Below, in pieces: positions 22,201-34,069 of a DNA stretch of 64,000 nt (its first letter is position 1; each line of letters opens with the position of its first letter). The notes beneath the pieces were generated by a model that did not search any database, was not told the origin of the DNA, and saw only the letters and a program-made list of their open reading frames with translations. Source of the stretch: Malacoraja senta (lineage: Eukaryota); NCBI GenBank assembly GCA_038087875.1, contig JAXLNO010004595.1, positions 1 through 64,000 on the forward strand, given 5' to 3'. The position numbers and the translations under genes were made by a program.

Positions 22201-23709
22201 TGTCTATACTGTACAAAAGGGTTAAACCTATTCAGGTCTGTATAATTCTGCATCCCCCCATCCTTTTTTGGTCTGGGAAAGATAGTGGACACAAACTGAT
22301 GGCTTTGGTAAACTGCCTTAGCAATTACACGTTTATTACAAAAGCTTGCAAGTTCCAGCTGAACTTCCAATTGTTCAGTGATACTGAAGTCAAACTCCTT
22401 TTTTGGAACATGTTGCATGGGTAAATCAGAATTTTCATTTAAGCCCCTGAATAACCTTCAGTATAAACATATCTGAGGTAAGCATTTAATTGTATCACAT
22501 TAGATCTGTCTACATGAGAACCAGACCCTCTTACCTCCTTACCACCTGGCATTCTTCCCCGGCCTTGAGCTGGATATCTCACCTCCGTGGCGGTGCTACA
22601 GCCGAACGCCAACTGCGCTGCATCGTAGCTGGACTCGTCCCTTGCCCGGAGCAGTCTGCTCCCTTATAGGGATACTTCCGCTTTGGTGAATATGTGGCTG
22701 CTGTCTTAGCCTCCTCCTCCAGCTCCTTCACCTGCTGTGCGAAATCCTCGCCAAACAGCTGTGCCAGTTGCACTGTGCCAGGCTGGAATTTATGCTGGTG
22801 GCAAGTTCCTCACCCAGAGGCTCACCAGCATCCGACGACATGGCAAACCGTGCTGCACACGGTGTCAGCTCTGACAGCTGCCTGCCCTCCCTTTGGAAGT
22901 CGTCGGACTCAGGGTCAGAGCGTATCTGCCCTTCTGCACTCACCTCTTGCAAAGAGGGTGCTTTCAAGCAGGCCTCTACTAGGCACTGCCAGCGGAGCCG
23001 TCCCCACGGCCTCCCGCCTGCACAACTCCTCCTGGAGTATGGCTTTATGAAGCAGGCCTCTCCAAGGCACTGCCAGCGGAGCCTTCCATAAGGCTTCCCG
23101 CCTGCACAACTCCTCCTGGAGTTGTGGCTTTATGAGGCAGACCTCTCCTAGGCACTGCCAGTGGAGCCTTCCCTATGGCTTCCCGCCTGCACTCCTCCTC
23201 CTGGAGCATCTCTGTGGAGCAGGCCCTGTATGAGCTGCTCCTTTTGGATAACCGCTGGGAACCGACGGGACTCTCGTGGCCCGCCTCTGCGGAGTCTATA
23301 GCCCTTTCTGACTTAACTTATGCCGACCGCCCGACTGGCGTTGGCTGTGTACCCGGCTGGGCACTTTCTGAAGTCTGTCGCCGCACCGCTACCGGCTTGC
23401 GACTCCCCCGAGGTGACAGGCTGCCTTTCAGAGACTGCGTCCCGCAGCTCTCTCTCTCCTTGTCAGCAGCAGCCTGCACCTTTCCCTTGTTCCTGTATAT
23501 GGGGGGAAAAAAACAGACAGAAACAATTTATTTACTCTTTTCTAACTCCTCCAAAGTCTCCCCGACTTTGGTGGAGCTGTATTTACTCACGTTGCAGAAG
23601 GAGCTCCGAGCTCCCGCTGCCGTTGTCGCCAATGCGTCCGACGTAATGACGCGCATGCGCCCTGACGGGCCTTCTTCACGTAGTCACTTACGTGACTCCG
23701 AAGTAAAAT
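19245..23709 (-). mobile_element. DIRS1-type tyrosine-recombinase retrotransposon A (degraded)
   Basis: Left ITR ~23644-23709, right ITR ~19245-19350, and an ICR at ~19484-19590 complementary to both ends. ORF fragments: gag-like (~22580-23330), RT/RNase H (FPRPKKDGG, YRHFKMETF, ~21400-22420) and YR (HSTSA...AAGW...QYYHRP, ~19800-20600). AAT at both junctions. Confidence 0.92.
22965..23215. repeat. Three tandem ~84-bp repeats inside DIRS A gag
   Basis: gcaggcctct...aggcactgccagcggagcc...cccgcctgcacaactcctcctggag starts at ~22969, 23052 and 23137. Confidence 0.85.
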
Positions 23710-23867
23710 CATGGCTGTGGCTTAATTTGTATCTTGTGTGGAATTTTGTTTTTATGATTTACAAAGGTTCACATTTTGATGATGTATTAGGGAACTAACC
23801 CATCATCCTCTGGGTCAGTTAACAAATCCAGAAATGAACAAAACAAATGTTTGAGAAGTGAATCATG

Positions 23868-24253
23868 TTACACACAAGATTTAAAGCTGTCAGCCAGAAC
23901 AAGTGAGACATTGACCAGGGTGGGTTTGTTGTGAGATTTATTGATGCTTCTAAATAGGCTGGTTGTGATGGACCCGTGTCCCACAACACAGGAGAAGGTG
24001 GTGCCACTGTTCCACTCCTCTGGAGAAACCTTCAACTGACTGGTCATGGTGTTCCACCCATTCCTGGTGTCCTTGGTCACGGGCTGGTTCACGATCCCTG
24101 ACTTCAGAAGGGTGTCGTTGGCCATCCAGGCCACATAGATGTCTGCAGGAGAGAATCTGGTGACCAGGCACGTCAAGGTGGCCGTCTCATCCGTCTCCAC
24201 CTCATCCAATGAAGGGGGGAGGAGGTAGACTTGAGGACGACTCTCAACTCCAT
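23868..24253 (-). CDS. IgW: Ig heavy-chain terminal constant exon (CH6-like) with secretory tailpiece, open
   Basis: Acceptor ttctctctgttcccAG; DGVESRPQVYLLPPSLDEVETDETATLTCLVTRFSPADIYVAWMANDT...EEWNSGTTFSCVVGH...KPTLVNVSLVLADSFKSCV*; the tailpiece has an N-V-S sequon and a penultimate Cys. Confidence 0.95.
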
Positions 24254-24389
24254 CTGGGAACAGAGAGAACTTGAGTTAGACTGAATCTGTCAGTAATTCT
24301 GTACTTACCCAATACATTCCAATCTTATACTGACATGGACACCGTTTACATCCTGAGGGACCTCAGTTCACCTGAAACTAAAGGCTTTT

Positions 24390-24610
24390 CCTTTCTGCTC
24401 ATTGTAGGGATGTGTGGAGGGGAAATCATGCCTCTGGTGCATTTTACAGGGTGGCATGGTGGCGCAGCGGTAGAATTGCTGCCTCCAATGCCAGAGACAT
24501 GGGTTTGATCCCAACTATGGGTGGTGTCTGTATGGAGTTTGTACGTGACCACGTGGGTTTTCTCCGGGTGCTCAGGTTTCCTCCCACACTCCAAAAACGT
24601 ACATGTTCTC
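24390..24610 (+). mobile_element. tRNA-derived SINE (HE1/SacSINE-like)
   Basis: tggcatggtggcgcagcggtagaattgctgcctc (A-box) ... gggtttgatcccaac (B-box-like) ... gtgggttttctccggg body. Confidence 0.75.
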
Positions 24611-24629
24611 TGTTAGGCGGGACTGTCAT

Positions 24630-25210
24630 ATGCTGAGAGAATGGAGCGGCTGGGCTTGTATACTCTGGAATTTAGAAGGATGAGAGGGTATTCTGATCGA
24701 AACATAAGATTATTAAGGGTTTGGAAACGTTAGAGGCAGGAAACATGTTCCCGATGTTCGGGGAGTCCAGAACCAGGGGCCACAGTTTAAGAATTAGGGG
24801 TAAGCCATTTTGAACAGAGATGAAACCACTTTTTCACACAGCGAGTTGTGAGTTTGTGGAATTCTCTCTCTCAGAGGGCTGCAGAGGCCGATTCTCTGGA
24901 TACTTTCAAGAGAGAGCTAGATAGGGCTCTTAAAGATAGCAGAGTCAGAGGATATGCGGAGCAGGCGGGATCGGGGTACTGATTGGGGATGATCAGCCAC
25001 GATCACATTGAATGGCGGTGCTGGCTCGAAGGGCCGAATGGCATACTCCTGCACCTATTGTCTATTGTCTATTGTTTGTAGGCTAATTGTTTTGGTTTAA
25101 TTGTAAATTGTCCTTGGTATGTGCTGGGTAGTGTTAGTGTGCGGGGATCGCTGGTCGGCGCGGACTTGATGGGCCGGAGGGCACTGTATCTCTAAACTAA
25201 ACTGAACTAT
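24630..25210 (+). mobile_element. CR1 3' fragment and SINE tail
   Basis: LERLGLYTLEFRRMR-type coding remnant; 3' UTR ending (ctattgt)n. Confidence 0.75.
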
Positions 25211-25991
25211 AGCTTCCAGTGAGTTTAAATTGCTAAGTTACTCAACAGGAACCACTGAATGCTGAGACTCTACAGAAAGTGGAACTCAGTCCTTGGACCA
25301 GCCTGGTCCTGCGCTGTCTGTTCCATCTCCCCTTCTGCTTAAATTATCTGCTGGACTTTGCCTCAAGCTCCCTGCCCTTCCAGTCCTGACTCAGTCTGTA
25401 TCTCAGCTTGTGGAAGCTGCAAATCCCTCTCCCTCGACTCTGTCTAAGCAGCTCACGCTGTGGGAACAAGTGTGGTTTTGGGCGAGGCTGTCGTGGTGAC
25501 TTGGGATTTTAATGATGTGGTTAATCAGCTGAGTTTAATCTTCTTTTGCTCCCTCACACTCTCTGACCATCTGTAAGTCCACCCAATATCCATTAGATAT
25601 CAACTGGAGTTCAGAAAAATCCAAAGGAATCTGACAGAAACTATTAAATTTTACTTCGGAGTCACGTGAGTGACTTCGTGAAGAACCCGCTCAGTGCGCA
25701 GGCGCGGCATTACGCCAGCAGTGCAACAGCGGCGGCAGCTGGAGGAAGGCTCTCCGGCTGCAGTTTAAAAGACGGACCGTTGGGTAATGTAGATGATATA
25801 TGCATGTGCCTTTAACATAGTGACCTCATACCTACTAACCACTCCCCATATCACAAGTATAACTACAACCTCCCCACCCACAGATCGCTCTCTAGTTCCT
25901 GTGACAGACCACGTACAGCTAGTGCAATATGTAATGCTCCAGTATGAATAAAGATAGTAAAGTAACGATGCCTCGTTATAGATTCTTTACA

Positions 25992-26011
25992 TGGTGTCAG
26001 AAGTGGGATTC
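25992..26011 (+). promoter_or_regulatory. Primer-binding site complementary to the tRNA-Leu(CAA) 3' end
   Basis: TGGTGTCAGAAGTGGGATTC is the reverse complement of ...GAAUCCCACUUCUGACACCA, my recollection of vertebrate tRNA-Leu-CAA. Confidence 0.8.
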
Positions 26012-26113
26012 TTTACATGGTGTCAAACCACTTACCTTGCGCCTCCTGTATATCGGTTTATCATTTAATTTTGTCCCAGTTTTTTGTTTCCCCCGCCCTC
26101 CCATTTCTTTGTT

Positions 26114-29100
26114 ATGGCCACTTCTGCCCGTAAGCCTGATGTGCTCGTTTTCGATTTGGACATCGCCCTTCGATGGGACGTATTCAAACGTGACTTTGAA
26201 CACTATGTCACGATCGCTCATCCTGCCACCACCGCTGATCTCAAAGCCTCTCTGCTTCTCAACTTGGCTGGTCCCGAGGCCCTGACTCGCTCTGACTTCT
26301 TCGTCTACGCTGATGGAGAATCTGCTCGGGACCCGGTATGTCTGGTGGCTAAGTTTAATGCTATTTGTGATATTCCAACAAACTGCATCTTAGAACGTTT
26401 TAAACTGTTCGCGCGGCGTCAGCTCCCTGGGGAATCTGCTGAGAACTATGTCTCTGCGCTGCGACACCTGGCCAGGCGCTGCCGCCTCCACACGTGGACC
26501 CCCGATGAGATTATCAGGGACCTTCTGGTTTACGGTCTCCGCAATGATAAGCTCAGGGCCGAACTTCTGCGCAAGCCCGATCTGACTTTCAACGATGCGA
26601 TGCACGCCACCCGCTTAGCTGAAGCTGTCACCTCGGCGGTGTCACCGGCTGAACAGGTGATTAACTTTGCCAGCACTTCCAGTCATCTGATGAACACGAC
26701 CCGGTTGCGGCCCCCGGGGTCGCTCGCTGCTCAAGGGGGACGTGCCCCGGGGTTCGGTACTGCTCCCGGGGGAGGTGCCCGGCAAAGGTGCCCTAATTGC
26801 AACTTCACCACTCATCAATACAATGTGTGCCCTGCCTTGGGTAAAACGTGCAATGTCTGCAAGAAATTGAACCATTTCGCTGCGGCCTGTCGCTCCCGTG
26901 GGAAGCCTGTCGCTGCTCGGAGTGGAAATTTAAACAGCCTTCTACAAACTGATAGTGAGCTCAGCTCCCAGTGCTATTTCGACGAACAGTCTGTTTCTGA
27001 ATCCGACTCCTCTCAGGGGGAGAACAGCTTGTATACTGTGTTGGGCGCACCTGCTATGATAACGGACCCTTCTGTGCGAGTCACTGTGAACAACTCGACC
27101 TTCACTGCTAAGATTGACACGGGGGCGGTTGCGAACATTATGTCAACATCTCTCTTCAAACAGATAAGGACTAATGAGCAGATTTTTTCTCAGAACTCAA
27201 CCTTGCATGCCTACGGGGGGGGGATTCTTACTCCTGTGGGCAAGGCCACGCTACGCTGTAAGATACTAGAGACCTCTCGGCCCCTCACCTTCTATCTCCT
27301 CGACCAAAAATGCATTCCCCTGCTGGGTATCCGGGCATGCCAGGAAATGGGCCTGGTATCCTTCCACCGTGACATCCACCAGGTGCATGCCCTCATGGAC
27401 CCGCTGGCTGATTATCCCGACCGCTTTGATGATGAGCTAGGCAAACTACCCTGCAGCTACAAGATTGTAGTGGACCGTAAGGTCGATCCAGTGGTCAATG
27501 CACCTCACCGTGTCTCCTTCGCCATGAAGGACAAAGTGCAGTCGACACTACACAGTATGGTACAAATGGGCATCCTAAAGGCGGTCATCGAGCCCACCAG
27601 GTGGGTCTCTTCCATGGTTGTTGCTGCGAAAAAGGACAAGAGCGAGATACGCATCTGCATCAACCCCAAAGACCTCAACCTGGCCATTAGACACCCGCAC
27701 TACCCTATGAGAACGGTAGAAGAAGTCGCTGCACAGGTTGGTCCGGCAACGGTTTTTTCTGTCCTCGATGCCAAAAGCTCCTTCTGGCAGATACCACTGG
27801 ATGAGCAGTCGTCCATTTTGACAACTTTCGCCACCCCCTACGGAAGGTTTCGGTTTCTCCGAATGTCATTCGGAATCCACTCTGCCAGCGAGGTATTCCA
27901 ACAGACAATGGAGCAGTTGTTTTCAGGTCTACCGTGCGCCATCATTGTTGACGACATCCTCGTTTACGGTAAGGACGTTGCCGAACACGATGTCAACCTC
28001 CGCCAGGTCCTGGACCGGGCCCGGCAAATCAACTTGAAACTGAACCCCAAGAAGTGCCGATTCCGCGTCCCCGAGGTCACCTACGTTGGACATGTATTCA
28101 CCGCCGAGGGGTTAAAGCCAGACCCGCAAAAAACGGCTGCCATTTCAGGGATGCCTTCTCCTACTGATGTGGCAGGCCTACAACGCTTCCTGGGCATGGT
28201 GAACTACCTGGGGAAGTTCATCCCCGACCTCAGCGAGCTCAGCGCTCCCCTGAGGGATTTGATAAAAAAGGACACGTCCTGGGCTTGGTTCCCCCACCAG
28301 CCCGCGGCGCTGCACGACCACTATTTTCAAGTCGCTCACCGCGGTCATCCTGGGGCCGAAGCCACTGTGTCTCTCGCCCGGAGCCAGTTCTATTGGCCGG
28401 GTATGGCCAAATACATCCGGGAGAGGGTCTCCTCGTGTTCCACCTGCAACAGCCTCGCCCCCCACCAGCAGCGTCAGCCGCTTCTGCAGCAGCCCGCGCC
28501 CGAACTGCCCTGGATGGCGCTTGCCGCCGACATTTTCTAGTGGCGAGGCAAACACTTCCTGGTTCTCGTTGACTCCTACTCCAGCTGGTTTGTGGTCGAC
28601 CGGCTGCACTCCCTAACCTCTTCGGCCATCATCGACAGGTTATACCCTCATTTTGGCACTTTCGGCCCCCCGGCAAGCCTGCAGTCGGACAATGGCAGCC
28701 AGTTCACGAGCGCCGAGTTTAAAGCGTTCGCTTCCAGATGGAACTTCCGCCATTTCACCAGCAGCCCGGAGTACCCGCAAAGCAACGGTCTGGCCGAGCG
28801 TGCCGTCCGCAGCGCGAAGCACCTGCTGGAACAATGTGGTGGCATTAACTCCGACTTCCATCTGGCCCTCCTCAACCTCCGCAACATTTCCCGCGACTCC
28901 GCCATGGGTTCTCCTGCTCAGCGGCTCATGTCCCGCGTTACCAGGCTCCCGCTCCCGGTGGCCCAGCGCTCCCTCATACCCATCGTCCTCCCACCTGCGG
29001 CGGTTCAGAAACGCATTGCCTTCAGGCACGATGTCCAAAAGCGTTCCCATGACAGGTCCTGCCACCCGCTGCCGCGCCTCTTCCCCGGTCAAGTTGTCCG

Positions 29101-29581
29101 TATGCAGACCACTTCCGGTCACTCCAAGCTCGCTACTGTCGTCGGCTCAGCTGGGTCGCCCAGGTCCTATCTCGTCGACCATGCGGGAGCCATTTACCGT
29201 CGGTCCCGCCAGCACCTTCGGCTCGTCAACGAGCCGCGTCCTCCTGCCGCGGATCCGTTTGCTCCCCCACTGCCGACTTCGCGTCCGGGCGTTGATCTGC
29301 CCGTCCTTCCTAACATGCAACGTTTTCCGCCTCCTCAACTCCTTCCGTCCCACCCTGCTCCGACTAGTCCTCGCTCGCCTGCCCGCGCTCTGCCCGCTCC
29401 TGATCCCGCATCACCTCCGGGTTTGGTGCCGCGGTCTCCTCCGTCTCCTCCCGTTTCCCCCTTTCAGGTTCGTCTGCCCCCATCGGTGCCTCTTCCTCCT
29501 GCCGGAAGGGAGGATGGCGAGATGCGAACCCGGTCGGGACGTCTTGTCAAACCGCCTGTCCGCTATGGCGATTTTGTTTAA
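26114..29581 (+). pseudogene. Gypsy gag-pol polyprotein; RNase H deleted and TAG stop in integrase
   Basis: Two Cys/His knuckles (CPNC...H...C, CNVC...HF...C), protease IDTGA, RT IVDD, then a jump at ~28300 from WAWFPHQ to PAALHD..AHRGHPG (integrase Zn finger); stop at 28538-28540; core SDNGSQF...QSNGLAER; RTRSGR tail. Confidence 0.93.
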
Positions 29582-29861
29582 CTGTCCTAGCGCATGAGCC
29601 GTGGTCGCCCTGTCACCATTGTATTTGCCTGTCGTTTCGAAGGGGAAGGATGTAGATGATATATGCATGTGCCTTTAACATAGTGACCTCATACCTACTA
29701 ACCACTCCCCATATCACAAGTATAACTACAACCTCCCCACCCACAGATCGCTCTCTAGTTCCTGTGACAGACCACGTACAGCTAGTGCAATATGTAATGC
29801 TCCAGTATGAATAAAGATAGTAAAGTAACGATGCCTCGTTATAGATTCTTTACAGGTAAGT

Positions 29862-31163
29862 ATGCTGAAGTTATCTAACGGAGAAGGAGAGTTAAAGACG
29901 TGTACTTACGAAATGAGTTCACAAAAGAAAAGACTCTCGAAGAGAACTGCCCCCAGCTCATCTCCACCAGAGGAGCGTTCAATCGCAGGGGGGCAGCAAC
30001 AGGCGGCAGGAACGCTCATAGAGCGCTCCGCTATCCCCGAGACCGAGCCGAGCCCAGTCCCGCTAATGCCTGCACAGCGGACAGGGAGGAAAGCCATGAG
30101 AAAAAGTATCTGGCCGGTCATTTCTGATTCGTCGGAGGGGGACATGTCTCCACCAAAACGGAGGAGAGACAGCCGCCAGAGCTTACAACAGCTCTTGGAG
30201 CAGATGCTCCAGCGGGATGCGCAGAAGGAGCGTTCCCGCGGAGGTAGGTCAGGCACCTCCTCCACAGTGTCTTGTGCACTGCCCTCAGCTCCCTCATTAC
30301 TGGAGGCTAGCATTGGTGACCAGGGTTGGGCTGGTCTGGAACAGGGGCTGGCGGACGAATTCGGCAGTATGCAAGGGGTGCAGGAGCAGGAAGAGCTGCT
30401 GGGTGTCGTGGACCGCTATGTAGCAACCCCACGTGCTGGAAGACCGCTGGAACCAAAAATGGCGGCCAGCATAAATCATCTATCAAATAAGCCCTTGCAG
30501 GAGAAGGTACTGCTAGAGGCGCTTGAACTTTACACAGCACCAGAGAACTGTGAGGCCCTCAGAGTGAAGACTGTGAACAGCCAGATCTGGGGGCACGTGG
30601 GGTCAAACATGCGTAACCATGAAGTCAAGCTACAGCGGATCCTGAGGCTCCTGACGTCGGCCATAACAGCCTTTGCTCGTTCTGTGGATAGTACGGAGAT
30701 GGATACGTGCCAGCAGGATGTGCTGGCACTGATGTGCAACACACAATTTGAAATCAACAATCTCCGGCGGGAAAACATAAGACCTGCCCTCAATCCCAAA
30801 TTTGCTGGGTTGTGCAGGGCCCCAGCTGCAGAGACGGATGCTCTGTTATTTGGGAAAGACCTCAATAAAAAACTGAGGGACATGGAGGAAGCAGCGAAAA
30901 CTTTCGGCCTCATGAGGGCAGGCCCCGGGACGAGCAAACCAAGAGCTGCAATACCCAAGCGGCAGCACCCCATGGCATCCACCAGTCGACGTCCTCAATA
31001 TGGGACTGGTGAAAGCTCGGGGACCGCATTTTATCCCCAAAGATCTTTTTTAGATCAGGGCCCACAGCGGACCCCATGGAAAATATGCCACCCCCCAACA
31101 TCGCCAGCATGTCAGACAAACAAACCGTACAAAAACCTCAGGAAACAAAAGAAACACCAATAA
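29862..31163 (+). CDS. DIRS B gag-like ORF1 (433 aa, open)
   Basis: Position upstream of pol and DIRS-like composition (P.NC..L....VN..IW; RRE.I.PALN..FA.LC; LFG.DL). Confidence 0.75.
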   Translation: MLKLSNGEGELKTCTYEMSSQKKRLSKRTAPSSSPPEERSIAGGQQQAAGTLIERSAIPETEPSPVPLMPAQRTGRKAMRKSIWPVISDSSEGDMSPPKRRRDSRQSLQQLLEQMLQRDAQKERSRGGRSGTSSTVSCALPSAPSLLEASIGDQGWAGLEQGLADEFGSMQGVQEQEELLGVVDRYVATPRAGRPLEPKMAASINHLSNKPLQEKVLLEALELYTAPENCEALRVKTVNSQIWGHVGSNMRNHEVKLQRILRLLTSAITAFARSVDSTEMDTCQQDVLALMCNTQFEINNLRRENIRPALNPKFAGLCRAPAAETDALLFGKDLNKKLRDMEEAAKTFGLMRAGPGTSKPRAAIPKRQHPMASTSRRPQYGTGESSGTAFYPQRSFLDQGPQRTPWKICHPPTSPACQTNKPYKNLRKQKKHQ

Positions 31164-31165
31164 CC

Positions 31166-33100
31166 ATGGAGGTAGGTGGGTCTGGTTCCTGCCAGCATAT
31201 AGAGAATAAGGGTGCTTTACTAACAGGGGGGAGATTACACTTGTTTAAAGAAGCATGGGTTACTGTCACGAGTGACAAGTATATACTCAACAGCATTAGT
31301 GGATATAAAATTCAGTTCATGTCAGAACAATCGCCGCCAGTTCAGCATTGGCCCCAAAGGGTATTTTCTCCCTCCGTCAAAGAGAAATGTGAGGGACAAG
31401 CTGAACTGGTGAGACTTATCACAAAGGGGGTCATCGAAAAGACCAAACATGAACCTTTGGAATTTATATCAAATATATTCACTAAAACCAAAAAAGATGG
31501 GGGATGTCGCATCCTCATCGACAAGATCACTAAATAAGTTTGTTCAGTATATACATTTCAAAATGGAAACATTTGTTACTGCCAAACAACTGATTTCCAA
31601 AGGATATTTCATGGCAAGCATTGATCTTAAAGATGCGTACTATTCAGTCCCCATACACAAAGATCATTGCAGATACCTAAAATTTATCTGGTTGGGGCAG
31701 CTGTGGCAGTACAAAGCATTGCCCAATGGGCTAACTTCGGCCCCAAGATTATTTACCAAAATATTGAAAATAGCCATGGCAATACTAAGAAAACAAAAAC
31801 ATATTGTCATGGCATATTTGGATGATATTCTGATAGTAGGGAAAACGAAGGAATTGGCTGTGGCAGCAGTATCAGCTACAAAACAGCTCCTCGAAACTCT
31901 GGGGTTCATCATACATCCAGATAAATCTAAGTTGAAGCCATCCACTATCATGGACTACCTGGGCTTCACAATTAACTCAGTCCATATGACTGTTACCTTG
32001 CCAAAGGAAAAAATGGTTGCATTAGCACAATCATGCAACAATTTAATGGTCAACAAACGACCAACTATTCGACAAGTAGCAAGAGTGATTGGGAAAATGG
32101 TAGCAGCATTTCCGGCTACACAATTCGGACCTTTGCACTATCAAAATTTACAAAGAGCAAAGGTACAGGCACTAAAACGATATACAGGTCACTATGATCG
32201 TGTCATGAAATTACCCACTGAAGCAATATCAGAGCTACAGTGGTGGGCAGAAAATGTTTGGCATAGTGTCAGCTCTATCATTATCACTAACCCTACTTTA
32301 GTTCTTCAAACAGATGCCAGTGCTCAAGGCTGGGGAGCAACTAACTCCATATCCAGCACAGGTGGTAGATGGACTAACCTAGAGTCATCGTTACTACTGA
32401 CACTGGGCATTAACTATCTAGAGATGTTGGGAGCCTTTTATGGTTTAAAAGCATATGTATCTACTATGCAGCACTTGCATGTTCGGTTACAAATAGATAA
32501 TACTACGGTGGTGGCTTATATTAACCATATGGGCGGCATAAAATCACTATCATGCGACAAATTGGTCAATGTGATTTGGCAATGGTGTGTCGAAAGACAT
32601 ATTTGGCTATCAGCTACTTATCTACCAGGTAAGCTAAACAAAGTGGCAGACACCAGGTCACGCAAATTCAATGATAACATCGAATGGATGTTAAACCCTA
32701 AAGTATTTGCTAAAGTTATTAAGCAGTATGGAACGCCAGATATCGATTTATTTGCATCACGACTAAATCACCAGTTACCTATGTATGTCGCTTGGGAACC
32801 AGACCCAGAGGCAGCAGCGCTAGATGCCTTCACGCTGGATTGGGGAAAGTTCTTCTTCTATGCTTTCCCTCCCTTCTGCCTCATCAGTCGGGTACTTCGC
32901 AAAATACAGATGGACTCTGCTTCTGGAATTTTGATGGTGCCCGACTGGCCTACACAGCCATAGTTCCCGGTTCTACATGACATGGTGGTTGAGTCACCAA
33001 TGGTCTTTCCCAGTGATCCAGGATTATTAACTCACCCAGTAACAGGCATTAGCCACCCATGTCATGAGAAAATTAAACTCCTGGGTTGCAGGTTTTGAAT
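31166..33100 (+). pseudogene. DIRS B pol: RT, RNase H and methyltransferase-like domain; frameshift at ~31525 and stop at 32961
   Basis: KDGG, SIDLKDAYY, LPNGL.SAPR.F, YLDD (RT); TDAS.QGWG, INYLE, DNTTVVAYINHMGG (RNase H); DLFAS...YAFPPF (dam-like). TGG>TAG at 32961-32963. Confidence 0.9.
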
Positions 33101-34069
33101 AGACCTTATCTGGAACTGGGATTGTCCGAACCAACCATCACCACCATGTCGGCATCCCTTCGAACATCCACCAAGAGGCAGTACTTAAGCAGCATAAGAA
33201 AATGGGAGAAGTACTGCCAGGAAACAGGAACAACGTATGCAACAGCCACAGCCACCAACGTACTGGAGTTCCTGGCCCATCTACACCATGATGAAGGCAT
33301 TAGTTACAGTGCCATCAACACAGCGCGGAGTGCTCTTTCTGCGTATCTCAAACCAGCAGGACAACAGGCAATGGGATCACATCCACTGGTGGTAAAACTG
33401 ATGAAGGGTATTTATAATATCAAGCCCCCTAAACCCAGGTATACCCATATTTGGGATATCAGTGTGGTCCTGACATACCTCAGGGAATGGCCACCAGCCA
33501 GATCCCTCAGCCTCGAGCAATCTACACTAAAGACGCTCATGTTGATGGCACTCGTATCCGCTCAGAGGGTTCAGTCACTACACAAGTTAAGGCTGGACAA
33601 CATGGTGACCACCCCAGATCAGATCACATTCATCATACAGGGTCTGGTGAAGCAAAGCAGGCCAGGAACAGCTAATCCACTGGTGGTATTCCGGGCCTAC
33701 CCACCAGAGCCACGGTTGTGTGTCGTGACCCATCTACAACATTATATAGACACAACCCACAATATCAGAGGGAGTGAAAAAGCCTTATGGGTCAGCCACA
33801 AGTAACCTCATGGCCGGGTAACGAGCCAAACCATTGCGAGATGGCTCAAACAGGTACTGAAGGCTGCCGGAATAGATACTAATACATTTAAATCTCATTC
33901 CACTAGGGCAGCATCTACATCAACGGCGGAAAGAATGGACGTACCGGTTGACCATATTCTGAATACAGCAGGATGGTCGAGGGAAACGACATTCAGAACT
34001 TTTTATAATAAGCCGTTGATGAAACCAGATTTATTTGCAGAGAAAATATTAGAAGCTGCAAATATATAA
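33086..34069 (+). pseudogene. DIRS B tyrosine recombinase with one internal stop
   Basis: AQRVQSL (Arg), HSTR, AGW and FY catalytic motifs; TAA at 33803-33805 where Lys is expected (VSHK*PH). Confidence 0.9.

Larger units (their letters stand above)
25788..29854 (+). mobile_element. Gypsy/Ty3 LTR retrotransposon nested in DIRS B
   Basis: 204-bp LTRs at 25788-25991 and 29651-29854 (TG...CA, identical by eye); 5-bp TSD GGTAA; PBS TGGTGTCAGAAGTGGGATTC; PPT AAGGGGAAGGA. Confidence 0.97.

Noticed and set aside
23175-23798. 207-aa plus-strand ORF
   Set aside because: Antisense to the DIRS A 5' end; no domain signal.
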